Positions 11,109 to 23,207 of a DNA stretch of 64,000 nucleotides are shown here, piece by piece. Below the pieces are notes generated by a model, which saw nothing but the letters and a program-made list of their open reading frames with translations, was not told the origin of the DNA and ran no database searches. Position 1 is the stretch's first letter. Every line of letters begins with the position of its first letter. Source of the stretch: Chloropicon primus (Eukaryota); the NCBI GenBank assembly GCA_023205875.1, contig CP060754.1, positions 124,001 through 188,000 of the forward strand, in the 5' to 3' direction. Made by a program: the position numbers and the translations under genes.

Positions 11109-12440
11109 TTAAAATGGCGAGACTTTAAGGGCAAGGCGGATCAGAACTTCCGGCACGAGCCTCCTGTTCTTCGAGCTTTTGAAGTCCGTCTCGGGCTTGA
11201 TCACGCTGAGGACGCCTTCCGAGAGCCTGTCCCCGGTCCCTCTCATGGGGTTCTCTATCAGGGGCGTCGTGTGAGTCTCCCCCTCGTAAAATATCCTGTC
11301 CACTTCCACCCCTGCCCTCTCCAGCACGTGGCCGAACTCCTCGGCATGCTCGTAAGGAATGGAGTCATCATCCTTGCCGTGAAGCAGGGTGACGGGCGGG
11401 AGGGAGTCGACCACGCTACTGTACTTGTCGGGCTCCTCCACGTAGTTGAAGATCCTGGTGGCCGGGGATATGTCCTCAAAGCAAGTCGCGCCATTCACAG
11501 ACATTATGGCGTTCAGGAGACTGAGGTGCAGGCCCCTGCTGTTGAGGTGGTCCGAGAGTCGGTCCATGTCGTACGCTCCCGAAACCCCAATGAAAGCTTT
11601 GATCTGCTGCGGGGTCCAAGACGAGGCTTTGCCTGAACCTTTGCCCCCAGCCAGGTGCAGCTTCTCGGCGCACTCTATCAGGGCAAGGGACGAGAGGTGC
11701 GCACCCGCGGACTGCCCGACAAGGCACACGTTTGTTGGGTCCCCGCCGTACTTGTGAATGTTATTGATCACCCACCCGATGCCCCGGTCCACGTCCTCCA
11801 GCATCTCTTTGATTCTGCCCTGCGGAAAGTTCCTGTAATCCAGGGAGACGACAAGAACGCCTTCCTTGGAGAGGACCTTGCCAAAGAGGGAGCCCCAAGC
11901 CTTGTAGCCGATGATCCAAGCCCCGCCAGTCACAAAAATGGTCACGGGGAGGTTGTAAGGCGCCTCGACTCCAGGAGGCAGGTACAAGTCGCACCTGTTC
12001 CTCGGGTTCGGCCCGTACACCACGCTCCTCTTGACCCGCGAGGAGAAGAAGTAGAAGAAGGCCACCTGGATGAAACCCGGCATAAGGAGCGCGGAATACA
12101 CCAAAAGCCGGAGCAACATCAGGACCCACTTTTTTCCCGGGACGAGGGCCATCTGCCGGCCGAGCTCGAGCGTGAGCTGCGCGACGATGAAAGCCTCGCT
12201 CATGAGCATGTGCAAGAAGCTTGCAGAGTACCTGGCCACCTTGGACGGGAAGAGCACGAAGTGTAGGAACTTCCGTATGTACTTGTCCTTCATGGTGAGC
12301 ATCAGGAACGCCCCGTCCCCCTCGCTCCTCGCTCTCCCCGAGCTGTTCGAGCTCGAGGTCTGCGCCGGTTCCCCCTCGGCTTCCCCGCCCCCCTCGCGCA
12401 GCACCTCGTACCCCCCCTTCTCCCTCGGTCTCCAAGTCAT
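11109..12440 (-). CDS. Isoprenylcysteine alpha-carbonyl methylesterase (ICME-like alpha/beta hydrolase); start uncertain
   Basis: FVTGGAWIIGYKAWGSL, DYRNFPQG, GQSAG nucleophile elbow. Confidence 0.88.
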   Translation of the reverse strand: MTWRPREKGGYEVLREGGGEAEGEPAQTSSSNSSGRARSEGDGAFLMLTMKDKYIRKFLHFVLFPSKVARYSASFLHMLMSEAFIVAQLTLELGRQMALVPGKKWVLMLLRLLVYSALLMPGFIQVAFFYFFSSRVKRSVVYGPNPRNRCDLYLPPGVEAPYNLPVTIFVTGGAWIIGYKAWGSLFGKVLSKEGVLVVSLDYRNFPQGRIKEMLEDVDRGIGWVINNIHKYGGDPTNVCLVGQSAGAHLSSLALIECAEKLHLAGGKGSGKASSWTPQQIKAFIGVSGAYDMDRLSDHLNSRGLHLSLLNAIMSVNGATCFEDISPATRIFNYVEEPDKYSSVVDSLPPVTLLHGKDDDSIPYEHAEEFGHVLERAGVEVDRIFYEGETHTTPLIENPMRGTGDRLSEGVLSVIKPETDFKSSKNRRLVPEVLIRLALKVSPF

Positions 12441-12772
12441 CCTCCCCCTTCTCCTCAAGTTGTACTGTGCCCCGAGGACGTTACCGTTTCCCTCCCCGTT
12501 CCCCGCCGCTCCCCTCCCCCTTCCCTCCGCCACCCCAATGAGTCTTCCTCCCTCCTTGTGCCCCTCCGTCGCTCCCTCTCGCCCCTCCCCTCGCCCCTCC
12601 CCTCCTCCCTCGTCTCTCCCTCCTTTCCCCCAGAGGGCAGCGACCAATGACTTGGTTTCAAACGCCCGTCTCGTCTTCTGTCTCGACCTCGTCGAAAACC
12701 AGAGTGGAGAGGGAGAGGGAGAGTGGCTTGGCTTTTGGGCTTGGGCTTGGTGTAGTGGTCTGCGGTGGGGGG

Positions 12773-13600
12773 ATGAGGGTGAAGAGGCCGAAGCCGAAGG
12801 ATGTGATGAAGTTGCCGGACGAGCTCTTCGTGCAGCCGCAACTCCTGGACCAGCTGGCGAACACGCAAGACCGAGGGGCGGTGTATTTCGGGGAGTGCGT
12901 GTACCCGCCGTGGAAGAGGCAAAGGAAGAGCGCAAAGGACGAGAAGAAGTTCAAGAGTCAGGCAGGGAAGCTCAGCGTGTCGGCCAAGCACGTGAAGGGG
13001 AGTGACGTGGTCAAGGCTCCCAAGAAGCCCTTCACGCTGGAGGAGGAGAAAATCATATTGGAAGAAAGGAGGAAAGGCAGGACCTGGGATCTGATCGCGA
13101 GAATGCTTTCGGGTCGAACCGCAGCCAAGGTCAAGAAGCACTACAATCTTCTCGTGAAGAACCGGGTGGAACCGCCCAAAGTGGTGCCGGTGGTGGCGAG
13201 GGCAAGCAAGCAGGTCACCCCGCAGGTGATCCCGCCTCCTGCGGCCTACGGCGCCGCGGCTGCCACGGTGGTACCCCTTACGAAGGAGGAGCAGGAGACG
13301 AAATTGTACAACAAGATAGTGGTCGTTCCGGACAAGTTCGACCAGAAGAAGAGGCCCCAGCTCTTCTTCGTGCTCAATTTCAACGAGGTTGTGCTCAAGT
13401 GCCACCTGATTCCTCTCCGCGAGGTCGGGGTCTTCAAGGGGGACGGAAAGACCAAGTGGATGCTGGTTCCGGAGGGGCAGGGGGAGGAGCTGGAGGATGT
13501 GCCTGCTGGCAAGTGCACGATTATCAGCTCAGAGGCCGTGAACAAGGTCCCGGATGCCGACAAGGAAGCCTGGCACATCTTGGACAGGAGGTACGAGTGA
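12773..13600 (+). CDS. Myb/SANT-domain protein
   Basis: KKPFTLEEEKIIL...GRTWDLIARMLSGRTAAKVKKHY single Myb repeat. Confidence 0.7.
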   Translation: MRVKRPKPKDVMKLPDELFVQPQLLDQLANTQDRGAVYFGECVYPPWKRQRKSAKDEKKFKSQAGKLSVSAKHVKGSDVVKAPKKPFTLEEEKIILEERRKGRTWDLIARMLSGRTAAKVKKHYNLLVKNRVEPPKVVPVVARASKQVTPQVIPPPAAYGAAAATVVPLTKEEQETKLYNKIVVVPDKFDQKKRPQLFFVLNFNEVVLKCHLIPLREVGVFKGDGKTKWMLVPEGQGEELEDVPAGKCTIISSEAVNKVPDADKEAWHILDRRYE

Positions 13601-13737
13601 CCGCGCCCGGGGAGAAGCGCCTCGTCTTTCCCTTTCGTTTGGCTTGAGGGGAAGGTTTTCGCGCGACAATATTTGTTGTAAGTTTATTATATTTCTGTAC
13701 TGTTAACGGCGACACGGAAGCTTTCCGGTGCGAGACC

Positions 13738-15324
<1,587 letters not shown>

Positions 15325-15700
15325 TCAAGTCAAGTCAAGCAACACCCTCCTCGGTCACACCAACCTCTTCGGCTCTCGTCTGTTGCCCCCCTGGCACAAA
15401 AACGTGAAACGTTTTTTCCTCGGCCTCGCCTCGCGGCTCGCTCTGCGGACATTTCCAGCAGAGGGGACGAGAGCCCAGATCACGAGGAGGATCAGCAGCA
15501 GCGGATCACGAAAGGGAAGGAGGGAGGACTTGGACTTGGACTTGGACTGGGGCGAGGGAGGAGGTTTACTCTTTGCTGAGACCTTAGCCTTGGTCTGAGC
15601 CTCCTTGTGAGCAAGGGACCTGGGCTTTGGCCTGCTTCCGTCCTTGTGGGACGGATACGGATTGGACAAGGACGAGGACGAGGACGAGGACAATAGGACA

Positions 15701-17470
15701 ATGATGGCGTCGTGGGCTCGTCGTTTTTGCGCTCGTCGGGCTGGTGTCCTCGTCTCGAGAACTCTCGAGAAGAGCGTCGGGCTTGTGTCCTCGACGGGTC
15801 GGGGGCTGCACGGCCCTCGGGGGTCGGAGGCTCTCGCTCGGTGGGGGGTGTGCGCCGAGAAGCTCGGGGACCCCAGGGAGGGACCGCTCTTCGCGAGGGC
15901 GAGCGCGGCCGGAGCCTTGCTGCTTGGGGCGACGACCCTGGCCCTCGCGACGGAGGGGCACCCGAAGCCCCGCGTTGTGCACGCGGAAGCGGTCGCCCCC
16001 GCTCCCGGGAGGGACCTTCCCGTGTTCTCCAGGGGGGAGGTGGAGGGGCACGACACCCTCGAGAAGGGGATCTGGGTGATATGCGGGGACAAGGTTTACG
16101 ACATCACCGAGTTCGTTCAGAACCACCCCGGCGGGGCGTCGAAGATCATGCTCGCGGCTGGAAAGTCCGTGGAGCCGTTCTGGCAGATTTACCAGCAGCA
16201 CCTCGGGAACCCGGCGGTCCAGGAGATCCTCGGGGACCTGCAGATCGGGTGGCTGGACCCGAAGGACGTCGCCGGGATGGAGCTCGATCTCGATCGCAAC
16301 GACCCTTACGCCAGAGAGCCCAAGACCCACCCCGCCCTGAGCGTGCATTACGCCAAGCCAGTGAACGCTGAGATCCCTCCCTCTCTGCTGATGGACAGCT
16401 GGATCACGCCCAACGACCTGTGGTACGTGAGGCACCACCACCCCGTCCCCGTCGAGCATATCGAGGGCAGGGACAAGCTGTCCCTGGAGCTGGGAGTTTC
16501 CCTGGGGGGGTCGCACACGACCCAGGTATTGTCTCTGCAGGACTTGAAGGAAAAGTTCGAGAAGAAGAAGGTCGTGGCGACGATGCAGTGCGGCGGAAAC
16601 AGGCGAGGTGGCCTCAACGGAGTGGATGACACAAAAGGGACCTCCTGGGACGTCGGGGCCATCAGCAACGCAGAGTGGGCTGGGGTGTCGCTCCTCGAAC
16701 TCCTGAGGCACATGGGGGTGGAGGGCCCCGAGGACGCTGAGAAGAAGGGCATCAAGCACGTCCAGTTCGAGTCCCACGACGGGATGACGGCCTCCATACC
16801 CATCGAGAAGGCCCTGAATCCCTACGGGGACACCATAATCGCGTACGAAATGAACGGCGTGGACATTCCCAAGAAGAACGGGTACCCGCTGAGGGCCATC
16901 GTCCCAGGGGTCGTTGGGGTGCGGAACGTGAAGTGGCTCAAGTCGATCACCCTGAGCAGTGAAGAGGCGGAGGGCCCGTGGCAGCGGGGGATGAACTACA
17001 AGGTCTTCTCCCCCTCCGTCAAGGATCTGAATTCCGTGGACATCGCGAGCGTTCCGACCATCCAGGAGCAGCCCGTGCAGAGCGTGATCGTTTCGCCTCA
17101 AGACGGCGAGACCCTCGAGGTCGTCCCCGAGGAGGAGCTGGAGATAAAGGGCTACTCTTGGAGCGGTGGGGGGAGAGGCGTGATTAGGGTTGACGTCTCC
17201 ATTGACTCGGGAAAGAGTTGGCACACCGCGACCTTGAAAGAAGGGAGCGAGCAGAATCCGATGAGGGCCTGGGCGTGGACGTTCTGGGAGGTCAGCATCC
17301 CCGTCCCGGTGTCGCAGGGAAAGGTGGCAACAAAGGTTGACATTTGCTGCAAGGCTACAGATTACGCACACAACTGCCAGCCAGAAACGCCGGACTCCAT
17401 CTGGAACTTGCGTGGCCTCAACAACAACTCGTGGCACCACGTCAACGTCAATTTGGACGACGTCTCTTGA
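15701..17470 (+). CDS. SUOX: Sulfite oxidase with cytochrome b5, Moco and dimerisation domains, mitochondrial-type presequence
   Basis: VYDITEFVQNHPGG (b5), ATMQCGGNRR (Moco Cys), GYPLRAIVPGVVGVRNVKWL, IWNLRGL. Confidence 0.92.
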   Translation: MMASWARRFCARRAGVLVSRTLEKSVGLVSSTGRGLHGPRGSEALARWGVCAEKLGDPREGPLFARASAAGALLLGATTLALATEGHPKPRVVHAEAVAPAPGRDLPVFSRGEVEGHDTLEKGIWVICGDKVYDITEFVQNHPGGASKIMLAAGKSVEPFWQIYQQHLGNPAVQEILGDLQIGWLDPKDVAGMELDLDRNDPYAREPKTHPALSVHYAKPVNAEIPPSLLMDSWITPNDLWYVRHHHPVPVEHIEGRDKLSLELGVSLGGSHTTQVLSLQDLKEKFEKKKVVATMQCGGNRRGGLNGVDDTKGTSWDVGAISNAEWAGVSLLELLRHMGVEGPEDAEKKGIKHVQFESHDGMTASIPIEKALNPYGDTIIAYEMNGVDIPKKNGYPLRAIVPGVVGVRNVKWLKSITLSSEEAEGPWQRGMNYKVFSPSVKDLNSVDIASVPTIQEQPVQSVIVSPQDGETLEVVPEEELEIKGYSWSGGGRGVIRVDVSIDSGKSWHTATLKEGSEQNPMRAWAWTFWEVSIPVPVSQGKVATKVDICCKATDYAHNCQPETPDSIWNLRGLNNNSWHHVNVNLDDVS

Positions 17471-17515
17471 GATCGTCTAGCTGCTTGTTGTCTTTTTGTA
17501 AACACATTGTCAAAA

Positions 17516-18742
17516 TCACGCACTCCGCTCGTAAGGCCCCAGGCTCAGAACATTCTTGTCCAAATCGACCGAGAGATGCCCTCTCGACGTCAGGAAAGCT
17601 AGCCCAACGAATATGACGTCAAACTTGGGCGCCGCCCCGTCCCCGATCTCATCCTCGGGGGGCTGCCACAGAACGTCGATCGGCGTGCTAACTAGAAGGC
17701 AGTCCCCCCTGCAGGAGCGAGTGCTCGCCGCTACCACCAGATTCCCCCCGTCGATCGTTTGGAGCTCTATCGCGCACTGCGCCACTCCGAGTTGCAAGAG
17801 ACTCTTGTCCCACAACCGCTTCGACACCAGCATCCCTGTCGTGCCGGTGTCAATCACAGCGAACACGGGCCGGTCCAACGCCACCTCGTAACCATTGACC
17901 ACGAGGCTCTCCACTTTGCAAGCGTACTCGAAGGCCGGCGAGCCCATCGGGCGTAAGTCGACCAGCGGGATTCGGCTGCCCACATCTCCCCCCCCCTGCT
18001 CGTCCCAGGCCGCCCGCCCCAGCGTGAACTTTGAGCTCAAGAAATCCACGGTGAAGGACGTGAAGGGCGTCTGAGACAGGAGCGAGGGCCGAATGCCCTT
18101 GGAAACATCCCGAACCAGTCCGAACATCGGGGCGAAGTTCCCTGGAGCGCTGCCCACGCGCTCCCCGAACCCCTCGCTCGCGCCGAACGTCACGTCCTCC
18201 ATCCTCAGCTCCCCCTCCTCCCCCCTCAGCACCACGTCGCCCCTCAACCAGTCCGTCAGCCCGTCTTCCTGCAATCCGTAGACCTCGTACGTTGGACTGA
18301 ACATCCTCCGTTCCCGCCTCTCCAGGCTATCGAAGGTGGTGTCGAGGCATCCCCAAGTCTCGTCGATCTCACCGCAGGATCCGCTCACTGTCATGAAAGG
18401 CGAAGCGGTGTCCAAGACCCCACTGAATCTGATATCGTTTAGCTCCCAGTCCACGACGTACGAACCCCCTCGCCTGTCGAACCTCATGGGCATCGTCAAT
18501 ACTGCAACACTCGAGGAGGAGGTGGACTCGTCCGAGTCTGAGTCCACCTCCTCCTCGAGCATCGACGGAGCCATGCTTGTTGTGGCCACCCCTTGGATGA
18601 ACCCTCTCCTCCCCAGGAGTTCAGACATCTCATCCGGCGAGGCTCTCCCCCTTGCGTCCCTCTTCGCCCTGCACGACCCTGCGTATCCTCCCCCCCATCG
18701 CACTCGTCCAACACGACAACAACCCGCCACCACCATCACCAT
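17516..18742 (-). CDS. Aspartic-protease-like hypothetical protein, probable plastid transit peptide
   Basis: Two pepsin-like motifs, VLDTASPF and AVIDTGTT, plus C-terminal IFVGLAFL. Confidence 0.55.
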   Translation of the reverse strand: MVMVVAGCCRVGRVRWGGGYAGSCRAKRDARGRASPDEMSELLGRRGFIQGVATTSMAPSMLEEEVDSDSDESTSSSSVAVLTMPMRFDRRGGSYVVDWELNDIRFSGVLDTASPFMTVSGSCGEIDETWGCLDTTFDSLERRERRMFSPTYEVYGLQEDGLTDWLRGDVVLRGEEGELRMEDVTFGASEGFGERVGSAPGNFAPMFGLVRDVSKGIRPSLLSQTPFTSFTVDFLSSKFTLGRAAWDEQGGGDVGSRIPLVDLRPMGSPAFEYACKVESLVVNGYEVALDRPVFAVIDTGTTGMLVSKRLWDKSLLQLGVAQCAIELQTIDGGNLVVAASTRSCRGDCLLVSTPIDVLWQPPEDEIGDGAAPKFDVIFVGLAFLTSRGHLSVDLDKNVLSLGPYERSA

Positions 18743-19006
18743 CGTCGTCCTCGTCCTCGCCTCCTCCGAGTGCTTGTGCAGTGCTTGTCCCCCTTGAGGA
18801 GGAAGAACTCGAGGATGATGAGGGCCTTGTGGCACTTCCTCCACTTGGTCTCCCTCTCGTCCAAGCCTCCTGTGCAGCACGTTGAAGATCTCGTTCAAGA
18901 CTTCCCTGCAGCAGCTTTGGGCCTTTTGAACGGAGAGAGAGAGCCGAGAGAGAGAGGAAGGGAGGTGGGGGTTAGGCGTGTATAGTTGGGGCTTGTTTGG
19001 GAGAGA

Positions 19007-19525
19007 ATGAGCCTTCTGAGGAGGCTGAGCGAGGTGTGGAGGGGGAACCTCTTTCACTACCGGCTGCTGAGGGCGGAGAGGCTGCGGAGTTTGGCGCTGG
19101 GTGCGACGAAGGGGGACACGGACGTGGTGGCCAGCCTCGCCCTGCGGAAGTTTTCGGGGGAGGCCGAGGCCGAGGAGGACACGGACGCCATTCACATCAC
19201 GGACGCCTGCGTCGCGCGCATCAGGGAGCTCAGGAAGGACGGAGCCGAGGGGGAGAGCAAGGACAACTTGCTGAGGGTGCGCGTGGACAGCGGAGGTTGC
19301 TCCGGCTTCCAGTACACCTTTGACATGGACACGTCGACGAAAGAGGGGGACAGGGTCTTCTCCAAGGAGGACGTGAAGATCGTCGTGGACGAGGTCTCCA
19401 TGCAGTTTCTCAAGGGGGCCACGGTGGACTACGTCGAGGAGCTGATAAAGGAGTCGTTCGAGATAACGAGCAACCCAAACGCCGAGTCGTCTTGCGGGTG
19501 CGGTAGCTCCTTCGTGCCGACCTAG
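19007..19525 (+). CDS. ISCA2: A-type Fe-S cluster assembly protein (IscA/HesB family, ISCA2-like)
   Basis: VDSGGCSGFQY and NPNAESSCGCGSSF. Confidence 0.92.
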   Translation: MSLLRRLSEVWRGNLFHYRLLRAERLRSLALGATKGDTDVVASLALRKFSGEAEAEEDTDAIHITDACVARIRELRKDGAEGESKDNLLRVRVDSGGCSGFQYTFDMDTSTKEGDRVFSKEDVKIVVDEVSMQFLKGATVDYVEELIKESFEITSNPNAESSCGCGSSFVPT

Positions 19526-19621
19526 AGGAGGAGTCAGGGCCCTTGCCCCTTATTATAAAACATTTCTTTGGTCTGTTGAACATTCTGTATTATGGCATAT
19601 TTTGTGTACATACAACTCCCC

Positions 19622-20664
19622 TCACATCCTGAGCCTCAACCTCTCCTCGTTCGTGCAAGCCTGGTCCCTCTGCACGGGCACGAACCACAGCAGCTTCGAG
19701 GTTCCGAAGACCTCCTCGAAGTTCTTCTTGACCCCTTTGTCGTAGGGCCACGGCTTGATCCTTTCCTTTTCGAACATCTCGATCGTGGTGCAGTTCGCGG
19801 CGATGAGCTTCAAGTGCATCACGATAAACCCGAACAAGCTCAGGCAGAAGGCGAGGTCCACCACGAAAGCCATGAAGGACACCGCGAGCTGAGCGGGGTT
19901 GCTCCCCTTGTCCGCGTTCCTCTCCCCCTTGAAGAACTCGGAAAAGTACGGAAGGAGCGCAAGGACGCTGAGGAGGCTCAGCAAAAACGTGTGCCAGAGG
20001 AACAAGAAAAAGAACTTGTAGTTCCTCTCCCCCACGCAGTTCATCACCCAAACGCAGTGATGGTCCATCTTCAGCACGCACCTGCCACAAATGGAGCAAT
20101 GGTGGGTCCTCTCGGGCTTCCACTTCTGGCACTTTCTGCAGAACCGCGGCCTCCTCGGGTCGGACTTGTCGCTCATAGCTTCGGGGTTCTCCTCCGGGTC
20201 AACGTCTGGCCTGAAGTCGTCCGGAACGTGGCCGGGGCAAGTCAGAATCGCCGCGAAGTAGCTCCAAAGCATCAGAGCAGCCTGTTTCGGAGGAAAGAAA
20301 GAGAACGAGGAACGCACCGTCAGCGCTTTTGCACCTTCGCGTGAAGCAGTATTCGAAGAAGCAACTCACCAGGACGTGGAAGCTCGCCACAACGAAGATT
20401 GCGGCCACTTCCTTGACGGGGGAAATGTTCTGGTCGAACATCGCCGGCCCGTAGATCGTCACGACTATGGGATAGTACGACAGTGCGACCAGACCGAGGA
20501 CGACCAGAATCATGACATTCCCCAAGAGCCTCAGGCACTTGCAAAATTGAAACACCTGTGTGTGAGATCAACGAAGAAAGGATCGCACCGTCAGAGTTGG
20601 TTCGCGCGTCACGGCAGCCCCGAGGGCAGCCTCTTCGACTTACGTTGCAGTCGCTCCCCGCCAT
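19622..20664 (-). CDS. DHHC-type protein S-acyltransferase, multi-exon
   Basis: [29 protein letters not shown]; exon 1 MAGSDCN|GTAAGT splices to VFQFCKCL. Confidence 0.92.
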
Positions 20665-21073
20665 CCTTCTCTCTGTCTGTCTGTCTGTCCGTCTCTTTCT
20701 CTGTCCTCCTGTCTCCTTCGTTCAGGTGGGTTCGCTGCTGGATGTCAGCCCCGTGCGTTTTCTTTCCTTTCCTTTCCTTTCCTTTCCTTTCCTGCCGTGC
20801 GTCTCCCTCGGTGGTGCCCGGTGGTGTCCGGTGGGTCCTTCAGCCCCCCTCTCCGTCAGTCCGCCCCTCCCCCTCCCCTTACCTCTTCATCCTCCCCCTC
20901 AAACTCGAGTTCCTGTTCCTCCCTCCGTCTGGGCTGTCTCCGGTGGGTCCTTCAGCCCCCCTCTCCAGAAGACAAAACGACAGAGCGGGGGCGGGAGAAA
21001 CGAGGTGCGGCTTGTGTTGCTGCTTGTGTTGGTTGGAGAGAGAGAGAGAGAGAGAGGGGAAGTTTGGGGAGGG

Positions 21074-21388
21074 ATGAATAATACGAACGGGAAGGTGACG
21101 ACGAGGCTGAGGACGCACCAATCGCAGGTGGGGTCCGCGCCGGCGTACGAGTACGACACGCCGCCTCCGTTTGATAACGTGGCGCTGGATCAGTGGGAAA
21201 TGGCACGAAAACTGTGGACCCAAACGCCACCGGGGTACAAGAAGCAGCACAAGAGGCCCGTGCTCAGTGTGGACATCACGTACGAGGAGCTTCTCATGAC
21301 GAACAAGCCCTTCGCGCAGACCGTGTCCTTGCAGGAGATGGTGGACTTCTTGGTGGACTGCTGGGAGCAGGAGGGACTCTACGATTAG
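21074..21388 (+). CDS. Small hypothetical protein (104 aa)
   Basis: ATG after a GA-rich leader, codon usage like neighbouring genes, TGTAA-like signal downstream. Confidence 0.5.
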   Translation: MNNTNGKVTTRLRTHQSQVGSAPAYEYDTPPPFDNVALDQWEMARKLWTQTPPGYKKQHKRPVLSVDITYEELLMTNKPFAQTVSLQEMVDFLVDCWEQEGLYD

Positions 21389-21524
21389 GCGGCGCGGGTT
21401 CGGGGCAGTTGCCGCGACCGAGTCGCGCGCTCGAGGCTCGGGCGTTCGGTCGATCGCCGCTCCCGCGGCAATCTTTCCCCAGTAATTTTGTAAGCATACT
21501 TCTGTGTAAAAAAGTACTTTTAAA

Positions 21525-23141
21525 TTACACATCGACGACATCCTTCTGCTGTTGTTGCAGGGACTCGAGTTTCCTCTTCCAGTCCAAGTCGAGCACATAG
21601 CCCGGGTACTTGGAATCGAAAAGAAGCATGGGTCTCGTCTGCCAGCCCGCAGATCGGACGTCCCTCTCGAACTGGTTCATGTTCTGCTCCGCGAGGCGCT
21701 TGCTCCTGCGGATGACCTCCGACTCCGAGTGGGACTTCCCCTGAAGAGTTCTGAAGTAAGAGGCTTGCAAAACGCCTTTCAGGAGGTCCCTCTCCGTGGC
21801 CGAGGCGCTGAAGACCAAGCGCAGGGTCTTGCGCGCCAAAGGACCCCTCTTGCCCGGAATCAGCATGTACTCCTCCTTCTCGTAGTGCTTCAAGTACACG
21901 CAAAGGGACCCGACGTCAGTCAAGCTTTGACTGACGGAGTCCACTTGCAGAGGCCAGGTCCCCTCGGGACTGAATGGAAAGAAGGTGATGTTCTCGATTT
22001 TGCTCATGGTCCCCGACGGCACGACCTGCCTGCCGCTTCCGACCCAGTGGGAGGCAAGGACCTGCAACCTGTCCCTGTTGAGCGTCTTCAGTTCGATGGC
22101 CCTCAACTCCTTCTTCACGAGGACGATGTCCGCCGCCGCCAGAAAGGGGAAGGACAGGAAGGGCAGGGCCAGCCTCATCTGCGGCGATACGCTCTGCATC
22201 AAGTGAGACAAGCCCAAGGCGCACCCCAGACCCAGAGTGTCCGCCACGACGTGCTGAGCTTGACTCTTTGCCGTTATGTCGGCCATATTATCAGCCATGG
22301 CGAACTTCTTGTGGAAGGCAGGCTGCGTGGCGAGCGCGATGGAAAGGCCCACGCTCTTGCCCACATTACCAATCGATGCGAGGAGCAAGAAATTCTGGGG
22401 CGACAGCGGCGTGAGCATCTCCAGACCGCACGCTATGTCGCAAACCACCGTGGAAAGGAACCTAAACTTTTTCAGCTCCAGGTCGTACTGACTTCCCAGC
22501 TTGGTGACTATCCCCAGCTTCCCCAGCTTTCCGATCCCGTCCTTGAGAAGCCAATTGAAGGCCGCTGCTGTGGGCAGGCTCCTCTTTGCCCCGACGCCAA
22601 CAGCTCTCAGCATGGACTCCGTGGTGTACACGCTGAGGATGGAGCTCGTAATGCGCTGCAGGAACCTCCACCGGACGTAGTTCCAGTAGTCTGGCGAGAC
22701 GTTCTCCGGGATGAACGCCTCCCTGGAGAGGCGCCCCAGTGTCTCCCTCAGGCTCGACCCGCCCTTGCCCTCCTTCCTCGACCGCACTCTGTCCCGAAAC
22801 ACTTCCAGCTGAACTTTCTTTCCCCCAATCATTTCAGCTATCGGTGCTAGGAGTCGCGAACCGCGCTCACCCCTCGCCCTCCTAGACCCATTGCCGCCCC
22901 CGCCCCCCACCTCCCCCTTCTGTTTCCCTTTGTTCCCCTTGGCTTCCAGCCGAGCCACCACCTTCCCTCGCAAGGCCTGGCTTATGGACCCCAATCTCTT
23001 CCTCGACTCCCTCTCCAAGTTCCCCAGCCACCTCCCCCGTCTCCTCCTGTTGGTGTTTTCCCTCCTCCTCCCCCCCCCTCCCCCCTTCCTCTCCCCCCCT
23101 TCCCCCACCCCTCTCCTCCTCTCCTTCTCCTGCAGCGCCAT
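21525..23141 (-). CDS. ROOT UVB SENSITIVE (RUS/DUF647) family protein
   Basis: VSPDYWNYVRWR, AAAFNWLLKDGIGKLG, NMADITAKSQAQ, LKTLNRDRL. Confidence 0.88.
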   Translation of the reverse strand: MALQEKERRRGVGEGGERKGGGGGRRRENTNRRRRGRWLGNLERESRKRLGSISQALRGKVVARLEAKGNKGKQKGEVGGGGGNGSRRARGERGSRLLAPIAEMIGGKKVQLEVFRDRVRSRKEGKGGSSLRETLGRLSREAFIPENVSPDYWNYVRWRFLQRITSSILSVYTTESMLRAVGVGAKRSLPTAAAFNWLLKDGIGKLGKLGIVTKLGSQYDLELKKFRFLSTVVCDIACGLEMLTPLSPQNFLLLASIGNVGKSVGLSIALATQPAFHKKFAMADNMADITAKSQAQHVVADTLGLGCALGLSHLMQSVSPQMRLALPFLSFPFLAAADIVLVKKELRAIELKTLNRDRLQVLASHWVGSGRQVVPSGTMSKIENITFFPFSPEGTWPLQVDSVSQSLTDVGSLCVYLKHYEKEEYMLIPGKRGPLARKTLRLVFSASATERDLLKGVLQASYFRTLQGKSHSESEVIRRSKRLAEQNMNQFERDVRSAGWQTRPMLLFDSKYPGYVLDLDWKRKLESLQQQQKDVVDV

Positions 23142-23207
23142 TGCCAGAGGACCAAAGCAAAGGCGGGGTCGGTCGCGACGAGGGTAAGAGGAAGGGGGAA
23201 GGGGACC

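Noticed and set aside
12441..12935. Apparent overlap between the ICME-like and Myb ORFs
   Set aside because: The upstream extensions are low-complexity open frames; downstream ATGs (12440 and 12773) give a normal divergent pair.
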